From NCBI GenBank assembly GCA_000092065.1, contig CP000592.1: a stretch of 64,000 nucleotides of DNA; one strand, 5' to 3'. Source of the stretch: Ostreococcus lucimarinus (Eukaryota). Each line of letters opens with the position of its first letter. Position 1 is the stretch's first letter. The position numbers and the translations under genes are program-made. This document shows positions 49,782 to 59,024 of this stretch, one piece after another. A model generated the notes under the pieces. It had not been told where the DNA came from and did not search any database. It saw nothing but the letters and a program-made list of their open reading frames with translations.

Positions 49782-51038
49782 ATGCAGACGACCGCGATCC
49801 CGTCGCGAACCGCGGCGCGCGCGCGCGGGTGGACGAGAGCGCGAGAGGGCGCGCGCAACGCGACCATCGTGCGCGCTAACCCACCCGGAAGTGCGCGACG
49901 CGAAGGCGTCGCGCGACGCGGCGACGACGCGGCGACGACGCGCGCGATCGCGGTGGATGAAAGAAAGTCATCATCATCGACGGACGCCGTTCGCGAGTGC
50001 GCCGTGGGGGACGCGCTGCGGGTGCGATTGCCCGGGGAGACTCGAGCGAGTTATCTAGAGGTGGAGGCGACGAGCGCGAACCGCGCGCGCGGAGCGTTTC
50101 GAGGCGTCGATGCGGTGCTCGAGGTGTGCGAAGAGACGAATAGAGTGTTGTTGAGTGAAATTGTCGATGGGAACTTTGGAAAGGATGGGAAGAGGAAGTC
50201 AACGCGATTGTTGCGGGAAAGGTTTACGCGCTCGTACGACGGTTTGACGACGACGCTGGAGACGCTGCGAAGGTCGGGAGAATATCCGGCGCCTGGGTTT
50301 TCGGGCGCGATCGAGTGCGAAGAGGTGTCGAGACTTTGTAGTTTGGAAGAGTTACGCGCGCGAGTTTCGGAAGATGCGAGCTTTTGGGCCGACGGAAGTC
50401 CGAAAGATTTCCAAGGCTTGTCCGCGGACGAGCACGCAACGCTCAACGCCGGGGAGATTTTGGCGTTTCAGTGTGGATGCAGACCGATGTGCATGGTGCA
50501 GCTGTGGACTGGTTGGGAAGACGATTTGGGTCGACGACAAAGCATTGACATGCCTTTTGTCGCCCGATTGCTGAAGGAAATCACCGAAGACGATGAAATT
50601 GGTGTCATCACCGTCGCGCCTCCAGGGGCATCAGAAAAGCTCGGAATCACCGCGCTGTTGTATCCTCGAAAGTCGCCGTATAAAGAGCGCGCGAAGCTGC
50701 TCGCCTCTTTCGGCGCCCAAGCAGCCATCGTGGCGGGTTCAGCGTACTATCAAACGCTGATAGGACGGTGCCTCGGGTACAAGGAGGAGAACATCAATGC
50801 GCACGTGCAGCAATACAACAAGGGCGTCGGCGTCTCGAAGCAAATCAGCGACTTGGTCGAAGAAGAATTGGCCGGGCTTAGCGCAGTTCCCGCGTCAAAA
50901 CGGTGGAGAGATGGGTTCGCGGTCGCTACGGTGTCGAACGACAAGTCGCGAAGTCGAAGGAAAAAGAAGTCCAATCGAGCGTCCTCAAACTTGGAGGACG
51001 TGGAAATGATGTTTGGCCGACGCGGGCGCGCAAAGTAG
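49782..51038 (+). CDS. Hypothetical protein (418 aa)
   Basis: Real ATG 49782. The N-terminal 60 aa are presequence-like. The conserved-looking core is GEILAFQCGCRPMCMVQLWTGWEDD...GVITVAPPGASEKLGITALLYPRKSPYKERAKLLASFGAQAAIVAGSAYYQTLIGRCLGYKEENI. No family assigned. Confidence 0.45.
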   Translation: MQTTAIPSRTAARARGWTRAREGARNATIVRANPPGSARREGVARRGDDAATTRAIAVDERKSSSSTDAVRECAVGDALRVRLPGETRASYLEVEATSANRARGAFRGVDAVLEVCEETNRVLLSEIVDGNFGKDGKRKSTRLLRERFTRSYDGLTTTLETLRRSGEYPAPGFSGAIECEEVSRLCSLEELRARVSEDASFWADGSPKDFQGLSADEHATLNAGEILAFQCGCRPMCMVQLWTGWEDDLGRRQSIDMPFVARLLKEITEDDEIGVITVAPPGASEKLGITALLYPRKSPYKERAKLLASFGAQAAIVAGSAYYQTLIGRCLGYKEENINAHVQQYNKGVGVSKQISDLVEEELAGLSAVPASKRWRDGFAVATVSNDKSRSRRKKKSNRASSNLEDVEMMFGRRGRAK

Positions 51039-51077
51039 TATGACTGTAAAAAACAATGAAACAATTTTTTATTAATC

Positions 51078-54000
51078 CTATGAGAGCGTGCCTATTGCTT
51101 CGAAGTCATTCAGCATGTTACGCGAATGCACGGCTTCGAAGATTTTCGTACCGTCGCCTCCGCCGTATCGCAAAATTGCGTCGGCGCCGGCGGGATGGTC
51201 ATCCAAGAAATCGGTAAAGTCGTAAACACGGCCGTACAAAGCCACCCAGCAGTCATCCGCGGAGGCGTGTTTAGCGAGTTCCTCATGCGTGATAATGCGA
51301 TCTCGTTTCGGTATCTTCAGTTTCGGTACCTCCGTCGCGGCAGATGGCGCATCCGTGTTTGAGACAATGTTCACGTTCGTGCCGACGAGCCGCCCGAACA
51401 CCGCGCACTCAGTGAGCGCATTTCCACCTAGACGATTCTTGCCGTGCACACCACCGATGATTTCCCCAGCGGCAAATAATCCAGCGACGGGCGTTCCATC
51501 AGCTCGCACGACTCGTCCATAGCTATCAACCTTGACACCACCCATGGTGTAATGTACCACTGGCGTGACTCGCCCGGCGTAAAACGGCCCAGAAACTTTG
51601 AAAGGCGCGTTAGCAAAGTATGTCTTGTTGAATTCATCGAGACCCGCATTGGCTTGGTCGTTGTACTGCTCCAACGTCGCACGAAGCTGAGACTCCGTCG
51701 TGTTTCCACGGACGGACATCCACTTCGTCAAATCCGCGAGTGTGTCGAACTTGGTCATCAGGTTCTTCTTCACGTAAAGCGGCACATGCTTGTTCGCTTC
51801 GCTCGCGCCTTTTTCATCAAGCAGTAACACGAAGTCGAGCTTTTCTGCGTCTTCTTCTTGCATGCGAGCGCTGACGTAATCACGCGTGCCAAGCTCGTTG
51901 GCAAATCGTTTACCCGAACGATTCAATAGAATACCACCCGCACCTCGGAGTAATTCTGCGGCAAGCGTTTTCGTGTCGGCGCCCTCGTCTTCAGGATTGA
52001 TGAAGCCCGTGGGATGTACTTGAACGCGTTGCATGTCAACAGCACCAGCGCCTAATCCAAAAGCGAGCTTGTGTCCATCACCGGTCGTGCCTTTCGTGTT
52101 TGTCGTGGCGAACTTTGTGAGCTGAGGCGCGTACTTGCTCAGTAATGCGTCTTCTCCTTGCTTGTCATTCGAGTATCCCCCGGTGGCGAGCAGCACGTGG
52201 CGTGCTCTGACTTCGCCGCCTACATTACTACCATTCGAACCATCGGATGGCGTCCAACGCACGGCATTGATCGCGCCATCTTCAGCAGTGATTATTTCAC
52301 TCACCCTAGCCTTTTTCACCACTTTAAATCGCCCAGATTGAATGTAGTCTTCGCATTTCCCTTTGAGTGCGAAAACGAGAGACGATCCCGCCATACCTTC
52401 GTTCGGTCTGTACGTACGAGCGTAGCTGTGCCCTCCAAGCCTCGAAAGTAGGCTTAAATCGGCGCCAACGCGTCGACGAAGCCATTCAATCGTGGCACCA
52501 GCCTGGCTAGTGAGCGTCGGGATATGTTCGACGGTTTCGGGATCGAGATTTTCGCGACCGTTGCCGTTTCCGTAGGAGGATTTTTCGCAGTCGTCTGAAT
52601 ACGCTTCGACGCTGTCGGGATTATCTTCAAACGAAGTCTTGATCACTCCGTTGATCCCCGAAGACGCCCACTGAGAATTACCACCAACATATGCCTCTTT
52701 CTCTACCAACGTCACCCTACCGCCACGATCGAGCACGGTGAGTGAAGCCGTCAAGCCCGCTAAACCGCCGCCGACGACGACCAAGTCAACCGGGGGGTCA
52801 TCTTCAATGCCGCCTTTGGGTAGGGGTACGCCGAGTGCGCGAAGCGCGTGTTCGATGAATCTCCACGGCATGCTCTCAGCGTAGTACTTTGCTAAGACGA
52901 CAACTTTTGGATTATCCTCGAGCATTGCGCTCACGATGGCTGCCTCTGATTCTGGCGTCAACGCGCCAGATTTCACGTACGTCGCGGTAGCTGCAATCGC
53001 CGCCTCCAGTGGGCTCTGCTCCACCTTTTGACCGCCTTCAGTTTCGCGCAGATGTAAACCAACGCTTTCCAAATCTACTGAGCTCTTCAACGCGTCCTGC
53101 CTCGCCGCATTCATGAGTTCGGGCACTTTGCGAATGGCGTGACTAAACTTTGCAATGGTGTTCACAAGAGCCACCACCTCTTGCTTGTTCAAAGAAGACT
53201 CCAAGAGATCTTCGGGCAAGAGCAAGACTTTCAACGCCGAACCAAGACCCAAGAGTTGAAGTTTACCGTGAAGCTTGCACTTTTGACACGAAATGCAGTC
53301 CATGACTTCGCTAATGTTCAAGAAGATGTCTTTGAACTGGCTCTTCAGCGACACCGGCGCGAGAAGCTCTTCTCCCACTCCGCTGATCATTCCCGAGTTC
53401 GCACTCAACGTCGACTGCACATCGCGAAAAAGAGACTTTTCATCGAAAGCACCGAAGACATCGCGACAAGACGACAAAATGTGGCTTTCCAGCAAGCGAC
53501 TCATCAAAGCGTGCGTTCGCTCGTCCTCTTCGGCGTCTTGACCGATGCGAACGTCCATCTTCGACAGCGCCGGGGCCGCCTTACGAAGCGCTCTCAAGAG
53601 GACGACGAAAGAAAAGTGCAAGTTTTTCAGACGTTCTGGGTGCTTGGCGAATATTTCCACGAACTTTTTGGGATCGCTTCCCCACTCCGTTTCCCCGAGC
53701 GCGCGTTTCGGAGGCTTGGAGTGAAGCGCGATGTGGATGTTGATGCTCGAATGCATGCCGGACAAAAGGCGATACAGCACCCGCTCTTCGTAGCACATTT
53801 CATCCACGCTCGACGCCGACTTTAAGCAATTCTCTTCGTAAATGGCCCGCCAAACGTGCGATCCGTTGTATCCAGTCCATCGCTCTGGATTCAGCTGCAA
53901 GTTTACGTACTCTGTTTGCTCCTCGGGCGCAAACTTGTGGCACATGTCCGTCCAAAACGTCGGCAAATCCTCATCCGAGCATTCCGTTTCCGGGACGTCG

Positions 54001-54593
54001 ATGGACGTCAACGCCTCCGCCTCGGGCGTACTGATGGTTCGATCAACGCTATCCGTCACCGGGCTCCGCAGCGTCGGTTCCGAGCCATCCTTATGTTCCA
54101 AATCTAGCGAGCACATCGTCTTCGGCGGCGACGCCGACGACGACGACGCGAACGGGGCGGAAGAAAAACCACCACCGCCGTGACCACCGTCACCGAACGC
54201 CGCGGTCGCACCGGACGGCGCCTCGCACGACGGCTCCGTCTCCGTCTTCGTCTCCGCGCCTTCCGTCGCCTTCCAAAACTTACACGTCCGTTTCAAATCC
54301 ACTTGAAACAACCTAAAATACGTCGTATTCGTCAACTCACTGAGAATAGAGTGTAACTGCGCCTCGTTCGCGCCCTCGACGTCCTCCACGTCGCACGACG
54401 CGTCCCCGACCGCGCCTCGCACCGCGTCGCGCGAGCGCGTCTCGCCTTCGCCTTCCCCTTCGCCCGTCGCCACCCCCGCGCCCCGCGCGCCGACGCTCGA
54501 CGCCACCGCGACGACCGCGATCGCGCCCACGAGCACCATCCACCATCGTCCGCGTCGTTCGCGTCCGCGTCCGCGCGTCCGCGTCGTCGCCAT
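51078..54593 (-). CDS. Single-ORF fusion: signal-anchor + ERO1 (endoplasmic oxidoreductin-1) + FAD-dependent soluble fumarate reductase (flavocytochrome/OSM1-like) + C-terminal cytochrome b5 domain
   Basis: N-terminus [36 protein letters not shown] is a signal peptide or anchor. ERO1 region: [68 protein letters not shown], and the CxxCxxC active site [34 protein letters not shown] Rossmann motif [16 protein letters not shown]. Fumarate-reductase/SDH-flavoprotein-type stretches [43 protein letters not shown]. Cytochrome b5 HPAG motif in [57 protein letters not shown]. Uninterrupted 3516-nt frame from ATG 54591-54593; the track ORF extends to 54923 with no ATG. Confidence 0.75.
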   Translation of the reverse strand: MATTRTRGRGRERRGRWWMVLVGAIAVVAVASSVGARGAGVATGEGEGEGETRSRDAVRGAVGDASCDVEDVEGANEAQLHSILSELTNTTYFRLFQVDLKRTCKFWKATEGAETKTETEPSCEAPSGATAAFGDGGHGGGGFSSAPFASSSSASPPKTMCSLDLEHKDGSEPTLRSPVTDSVDRTISTPEAEALTSIDVPETECSDEDLPTFWTDMCHKFAPEEQTEYVNLQLNPERWTGYNGSHVWRAIYEENCLKSASSVDEMCYEERVLYRLLSGMHSSINIHIALHSKPPKRALGETEWGSDPKKFVEIFAKHPERLKNLHFSFVVLLRALRKAAPALSKMDVRIGQDAEEDERTHALMSRLLESHILSSCRDVFGAFDEKSLFRDVQSTLSANSGMISGVGEELLAPVSLKSQFKDIFLNISEVMDCISCQKCKLHGKLQLLGLGSALKVLLLPEDLLESSLNKQEVVALVNTIAKFSHAIRKVPELMNAARQDALKSSVDLESVGLHLRETEGGQKVEQSPLEAAIAATATYVKSGALTPESEAAIVSAMLEDNPKVVVLAKYYAESMPWRFIEHALRALGVPLPKGGIEDDPPVDLVVVGGGLAGLTASLTVLDRGGRVTLVEKEAYVGGNSQWASSGINGVIKTSFEDNPDSVEAYSDDCEKSSYGNGNGRENLDPETVEHIPTLTSQAGATIEWLRRRVGADLSLLSRLGGHSYARTYRPNEGMAGSSLVFALKGKCEDYIQSGRFKVVKKARVSEIITAEDGAINAVRWTPSDGSNGSNVGGEVRARHVLLATGGYSNDKQGEDALLSKYAPQLTKFATTNTKGTTGDGHKLAFGLGAGAVDMQRVQVHPTGFINPEDEGADTKTLAAELLRGAGGILLNRSGKRFANELGTRDYVSARMQEEDAEKLDFVLLLDEKGASEANKHVPLYVKKNLMTKFDTLADLTKWMSVRGNTTESQLRATLEQYNDQANAGLDEFNKTYFANAPFKVSGPFYAGRVTPVVHYTMGGVKVDSYGRVVRADGTPVAGLFAAGEIIGGVHGKNRLGGNALTECAVFGRLVGTNVNIVSNTDAPSAATEVPKLKIPKRDRIITHEELAKHASADDCWVALYGRVYDFTDFLDDHPAGADAILRYGGGDGTKIFEAVHSRNMLNDFEAIGTLS

Positions 54594-54630
54594 CGTCGCG
54601 AACCAATCAATCAATCCGTCGCGCGGTCGA

Positions 54631-54700
54631 ACCGAACCGCGCCGAACCGCGCCGAACCGCGCCGAACCGCGCCGAACCGCGCCGAACCGCGCCGAACCGA
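54631..54700. repeat. Tandem 10-nt repeat (GCCGAACCGC)x6-7, immediately upstream of the ERO1-fusion gene
   Basis: accgaaccgcgccgaaccgcgccgaaccgcgccgaaccgcgccgaaccgcgccgaaccgaaccgatccgc seen directly. Its reverse complement carries GGTTCGG units, as does the 15895-15921 repeat. Confidence 0.7.
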
Positions 54701-55294
54701 ACCGATCCGCGACGCCCGCCCGCCCCCTCGCCCGCGCCCCCCCGCGCGCGCGTCGCTCGCGTCGCGCGATGCCGCCGCGATCGGTCGCCCGCGCCGTCTC
54801 CATCGCACATTCGTCGATCGCTCGTTCGCGTCGATCGACGATCGACCGATCGCCCGTTCGACGCGCGATCGGTCGAACGGCCCTCGGGGGCGAAACACAC
54901 CACCGCGGGCGGACCCGAAACACCGCGACAGCGGACCAAACGATGTTACGTATTTAACATTCACTTTACACTAGATGGTATTTTCCGCGACTCGCCGATC
55001 TCGACACGCGCCCGACGTCTTTCGGTCGCCGTTTCGCGCCGCGCGACGACGGCGGCGACGACGCCGCGCGACGGCGACGACGCCGCGCGACGCGACGCGA
55101 CGCGAAGAGTCGACGCTCGACGCTCGACGCTCGACGCGCGCGCGTCGCGACGCGTCGACGCGTTCGGCGCGCGTCGAGCGGCTCGGATCGGAGTTCGTTG
55201 GGCGCCGCCGCCGATCGACGATCGCGCGGGCGCGACGCGGATTCGAGGGCGCGCGCGACGCGCGGCGACGAGCGATCGACGACGATCGTCGACG

Positions 55295-56224
55295 ATGGGG
55301 AGGGGGACGGGGAGCGACGCGACGGCGCGGGCGGCGGAGGCGAGGACGAGGGCGCGGGACGACGACGCGAGGGCGGACGCGCGGGGCGACGCGAACGCGA
55401 ACGCGAACGCGAACGCGAACGCGAACGCGAACGCGGCGAGACCGCCGTATGCGGCGATGACGGTGTATCCGGCGGTGTACGGGGCGTACGATGCGATGCG
55501 AGCGATGTCGCCGATGACGTACGACGCGTACGCGGGCGCGGCGCGCGCGGTGGCGGTGCCGGGGGATTCGTTTTCGAGACAGATTCAGGAGCGGGCGTAC
55601 GCGAGCGCGTTTACGTTTACGCGGCAGTGGAATTATTTGCAACACGCGGCGGCGGCGCAGCACGCGGCGTTCGCGTCGGGGAGTCGTGGGGGTGGAACGA
55701 TGATGGATCTTCTCGCCGCCACCGGTTCGGCGGCGGCTGAGCGCGATATCGGCGTCGAGCGCGAGGTGGAGCTGAGCAAGCGACAGCGGTTGGTGTGGAC
55801 GCCGCAACTGCACGCGCAATTCATCGCGGCGGTGCAAAAGCTCGGGGTTAAGACGGCGGTGCCGAAGGCGATTATGAAAATAATGAATGTCAAAGGGTTG
55901 ACGCGTGAAAACGTCGCTTCGCATTTGCAGAAGTATCGTCTGACGCTCAAACGAGCGCAGGATAGCTCTGAATCGACCCGGGCGTCGGGAGACGCGACAG
56001 ACGCGAAGAGAAGCGACGTCCGCGCGGGACGTAAGAGGAAAGATCGCGAAGAAAAAGGTAAAACCAACAGTGGAAGCGGCCAGGGAAGCGGCCAGGGAAG
56101 TGACGGTGGAAGTGCCGAGCATAGCGCGAGTGAAAACCTCGAGAATCGCGCCAAGCGAATTTCTTCCAGCGAAGAAGAAGAGACGCGACAAATTACGCTC
56201 GCCGTCGACCACAACGACGAATAA
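55295..56224 (+). CDS. GARP (G2-like) Myb-type transcription factor
   Basis: The SHAQKYF-class single Myb repeat is [54 protein letters not shown], with the GARP hallmark LHxxFVxAV...SHLQKYR. N-terminal (AN)7 from (GCGAAC)7 at 55391-55432. ATG 55295. Confidence 0.7.
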   Translation: MGRGTGSDATARAAEARTRARDDDARADARGDANANANANANANANAARPPYAAMTVYPAVYGAYDAMRAMSPMTYDAYAGAARAVAVPGDSFSRQIQERAYASAFTFTRQWNYLQHAAAAQHAAFASGSRGGGTMMDLLAATGSAAAERDIGVEREVELSKRQRLVWTPQLHAQFIAAVQKLGVKTAVPKAIMKIMNVKGLTRENVASHLQKYRLTLKRAQDSSESTRASGDATDAKRSDVRAGRKRKDREEKGKTNSGSGQGSGQGSDGGSAEHSASENLENRAKRISSSEEEETRQITLAVDHNDE

Positions 56225-56410
56225 TTAGCGCAGCACGCGCTTGTATGTAGACTACGCCGACGCTCGATGATTCACAGGGCGCGCAAGAACGCCGAAATCG
56301 TCGACATCACCCTCCAATTTTGTTGTAAACAAGAGACAAGCACAATTTCTATGCACACGATGCAATGTCTGAACTACAATTTCTAAACTCTACGCGACGG
56401 ATCGATAGAT

Positions 56411-57670
56411 TCACACTTTGTTTTGCTCCTCCTCGAGAAAGTAAATCACGGGTTTGAGCTCGAACGGAAGGGGAGAAGTATTGTCGTACGCGGGCAGATC
56501 AACTGGACGTTGCGACGGCGGTAGCGACGCGTACGCCGACGCCTTGGTTCGCTTCGTGTACTCGTCTCGCAACTCCTTGACGGTTTTCAGCGCGTAAAGC
56601 AGCATCGCGTACGCTCGAGGCGGCGACTCGGGCGAGCGAGATGAACGCTTGAGCTTGGACAAAATCACTCGAAAGCAAGCCTCCATGCGATCCCACGCCT
56701 CGGTGAGCTCGGCGATTTTTCTCGTCCAATACGTATCGTGCCACGCCGCGTGTGCTTCGCCTTGCAGGTGAAACATTCTAATCCATTGAAATTCAACCTC
56801 GCGATGGACGTCGGCTAAGAACTGTATCTGTTTCGCATCCAAAGGTTTATTCTCGCGCTCTAAGTCTGGTACAATTGCGAGCGCATCGATACACCGCCTT
56901 TTGATGTACTGGAACGTATCCTTGGCCACCACGGCGACTCGATGTGTCGAAGAATATCTCGCACTCGAGCCGGTGAGCACGGCGTGATGGTGAGTGGCGT
57001 TGAACTCACCACACATGTAATACGTCGCTTTATCCTCCAAAGGCACGCAAAGCACCTCGCACTCCGCGTTCAACGCCCTCAGCGCCACTCGCCAGTCTTT
57101 TCTCTCTGGCGCCTCGTATGTGTGATACACCGCCACGGTGGAGTTTTCTCGCAACGACGAATCGCTGTGCCAACTCACCGACGTCGTCCCGAGATCGAAC
57201 TTCTCCTCATTCCGTAGCTCTATTTCGCTCTCACCCTCTGTTTCCATGTAATTAATCAGCGTCACGTTGTATTCGCACTCACTCTCCGCGAACGCTCCGC
57301 CGAGCTTTTCGCATCGCTCTCGCGCGCTCCTCGTCAGCGTCTCGTTCAACCGTCTCACCACTTCGTACGCCTCCCGTCCGCGCCACGGTTGCGCAAACAG
57401 GCGTAACTTCTGATAATGATACGTCATTCCGTCCTCACCGAGCAGGCAGCGCCGCACGTACGTCGTGGACACTTTATTTCCGGCGGAAACGACGTCGTGC
57501 GTGAATTCGCCTCGGCTGCGCATGTCGTCGAACGCGCGTTCGACGTCGTCGTGAAGCGACGCGGGAAGCACCGAGGGCGCGTCCACGACGAAACCGCGGT
57601 AGTGCGCTCGATGGACGCGCGCGAACGGTTCGCCGTCCTCGGGTTCGAGCACGGAGGATGACGGCGACAT
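56411..57670 (-). CDS. FTO: FTO-family Fe(II)/2-oxoglutarate-dependent nucleic-acid demethylase homolog
   Basis: Extensive colinearity with human FTO: GMTYHYQKLRLFAQPW (GCTYKYLNTRLFTVPW), EYNVTLINYME (AYNVTLLNFMD), SVSWHSDSSLRENSTVAVYHTYE ([24 protein letters not shown]), YYMCGEFNATHHHAVLTGSSARYSSTHRVA ([30 protein letters not shown]), EVEFQWIRMFHLQGE (EVEFEWLRQFWFQGN), SPLPFEL (MPLPFDL). Iron ligands HxD...H and the C-terminal helical domain are retained. ATG 57668-57670. Confidence 0.85.
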   Translation of the reverse strand: MSPSSSVLEPEDGEPFARVHRAHYRGFVVDAPSVLPASLHDDVERAFDDMRSRGEFTHDVVSAGNKVSTTYVRRCLLGEDGMTYHYQKLRLFAQPWRGREAYEVVRRLNETLTRSARERCEKLGGAFAESECEYNVTLINYMETEGESEIELRNEEKFDLGTTSVSWHSDSSLRENSTVAVYHTYEAPERKDWRVALRALNAECEVLCVPLEDKATYYMCGEFNATHHHAVLTGSSARYSSTHRVAVVAKDTFQYIKRRCIDALAIVPDLERENKPLDAKQIQFLADVHREVEFQWIRMFHLQGEAHAAWHDTYWTRKIAELTEAWDRMEACFRVILSKLKRSSRSPESPPRAYAMLLYALKTVKELRDEYTKRTKASAYASLPPSQRPVDLPAYDNTSPLPFELKPVIYFLEEEQNKV

Positions 57671-57876
57671 GACGCGAGGGACAGTGACGGCGGCGGTTGT
57701 GTCGCGCTTTTCGCTCTGAGCAGTCGTTCGCGAACGCGCGCGAGCGGCGAAGTCATGAAGCGCGTGAAAGTGCGTGAAAGAGTTTAAATTACACGATTCT
57801 AAATGCGGTTAAGTTGCTTATTCATTTCTCGTCCAAGATCGACGGGCGATTGAGAGACTTCGGTTTCGCGGTTTGC

Positions 57877-58578
57877 TCACATGGCGGCGAAGAGCGTGGC
57901 GCCGAGTCGGGCGACGCCCATGGTGAAGTGCTTCGTGAACTCGGCAGCCTTGAAGGCGGCGGCGTGCTTACGCATCATGTAAAGGTTCATCAAGTTGTCC
58001 ACGGCGTGGAACTTGGCCACGGTGCCGAGAGATTCCTCGGGAAGGATGGTGAACATCTTCATTGTGCCCATCCAGCGAAGAAAGCCGATGGTGGCGGTCC
58101 AGTGGATTGCGATATAATCGGTGGCTTTGATCTTGGACGAGAACCAGCCCGCGACGGTGGCGTCGCCGAAGTGAAGCATGAGCATGTAGTACAACTCCAT
58201 AAGCAAAGAGGCGGCGATGATCTTTTGCTTGACAGTCTTGGAATCCGTGATAAAGTTGCGCATCGGAGTAAGACGCGTCGTACCGCGTTGCGACTCGGCG
58301 AGCAAGATAAACGTGAGCAAGCCCACCTTGGATCCCATCGCGAGCTCCTTGGTCACTTGAAGACCACCGATGCGCGACTTGGCGCCGTGGCACGACATAA
58401 CGGTGATGCGAGAGAAGCATCCGATCATCTGCGCGAATGTGAATCGGTGCAGCGTCGGCTCGGATTGCGTCCTCGCGACGTACACGAGGGCGACCATGGA
58501 CGTTAAGAGCATGATTCCGGTCGCGTGCATCATAAAGTCAGAGATAACGGTGCTCTTAAGACCGTAGTACTTCATCAT
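57877..58578 (-). CDS. Hypothetical multi-pass membrane protein (233 aa, about 6 predicted TM helices)
   Basis: Real tandem ATGs at 58573-58578. Hydrophobic segments (GIMLLTSMVALVYVA; KVGLLTFILLA; IIAASLLMELYYMLMLHF; IAIHWTATIGFLRWM; ...) alternate with short loops. No family recognised. Confidence 0.45.
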   Translation of the reverse strand: MMKYYGLKSTVISDFMMHATGIMLLTSMVALVYVARTQSEPTLHRFTFAQMIGCFSRITVMSCHGAKSRIGGLQVTKELAMGSKVGLLTFILLAESQRGTTRLTPMRNFITDSKTVKQKIIAASLLMELYYMLMLHFGDATVAGWFSSKIKATDYIAIHWTATIGFLRWMGTMKMFTILPEESLGTVAKFHAVDNLMNLYMMRKHAAAFKAAEFTKHFTMGVARLGATLFAAM

Positions 58579-59024
58579 CGGCTGCGCGAACGCTGTGGCA
58601 TTTAAAATCGCGTATACTCCGTCAGTTCACACCGCGCAACGGTAATTCAGTCAATTCTCCGAACGCATTCGCGCGGTCCGTCGACGCACTCGGAAGTTCG
58701 GGCATGAACTGCAGCCCGTAGCCGAAGCCCGTGGCGGCGGTGAATAACAGGGCGTTTTTTTGTGAAATCATAGTGGCCATCGCGCGAGTTCGTGAGCGTT
58801 TGACGCGCAAAGTTGTGAAGAGTTCGTAATTCGTTTCTCCCGCCAAAAACGTCGCTTCGATCGAATCTGAGCGCGGGGTGGGATGGATCTGCGCGAACCC
58901 AGAGGGCGAGCGAAGAGGGAGAAGAGAGAGGTTGCCTTGGCGCTGGCGCTGGTGGTAAATGAAATAGTTTACAATGTTGTGGTGATGGGTGGTGTGTGAA
59001 ACGGTAAGAGCCGGTCGAGCGCGT

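Noticed and set aside
54971-56212. 413-aa minus-strand ORF and the 180-aa plus-strand ORF (55198..55740) overlapping the GARP factor
   Set aside because: Poly-Arg/Val low complexity, including (RVRV)n from the (GCGAAC)n repeat. The GARP Myb signature is in the 55295 frame.
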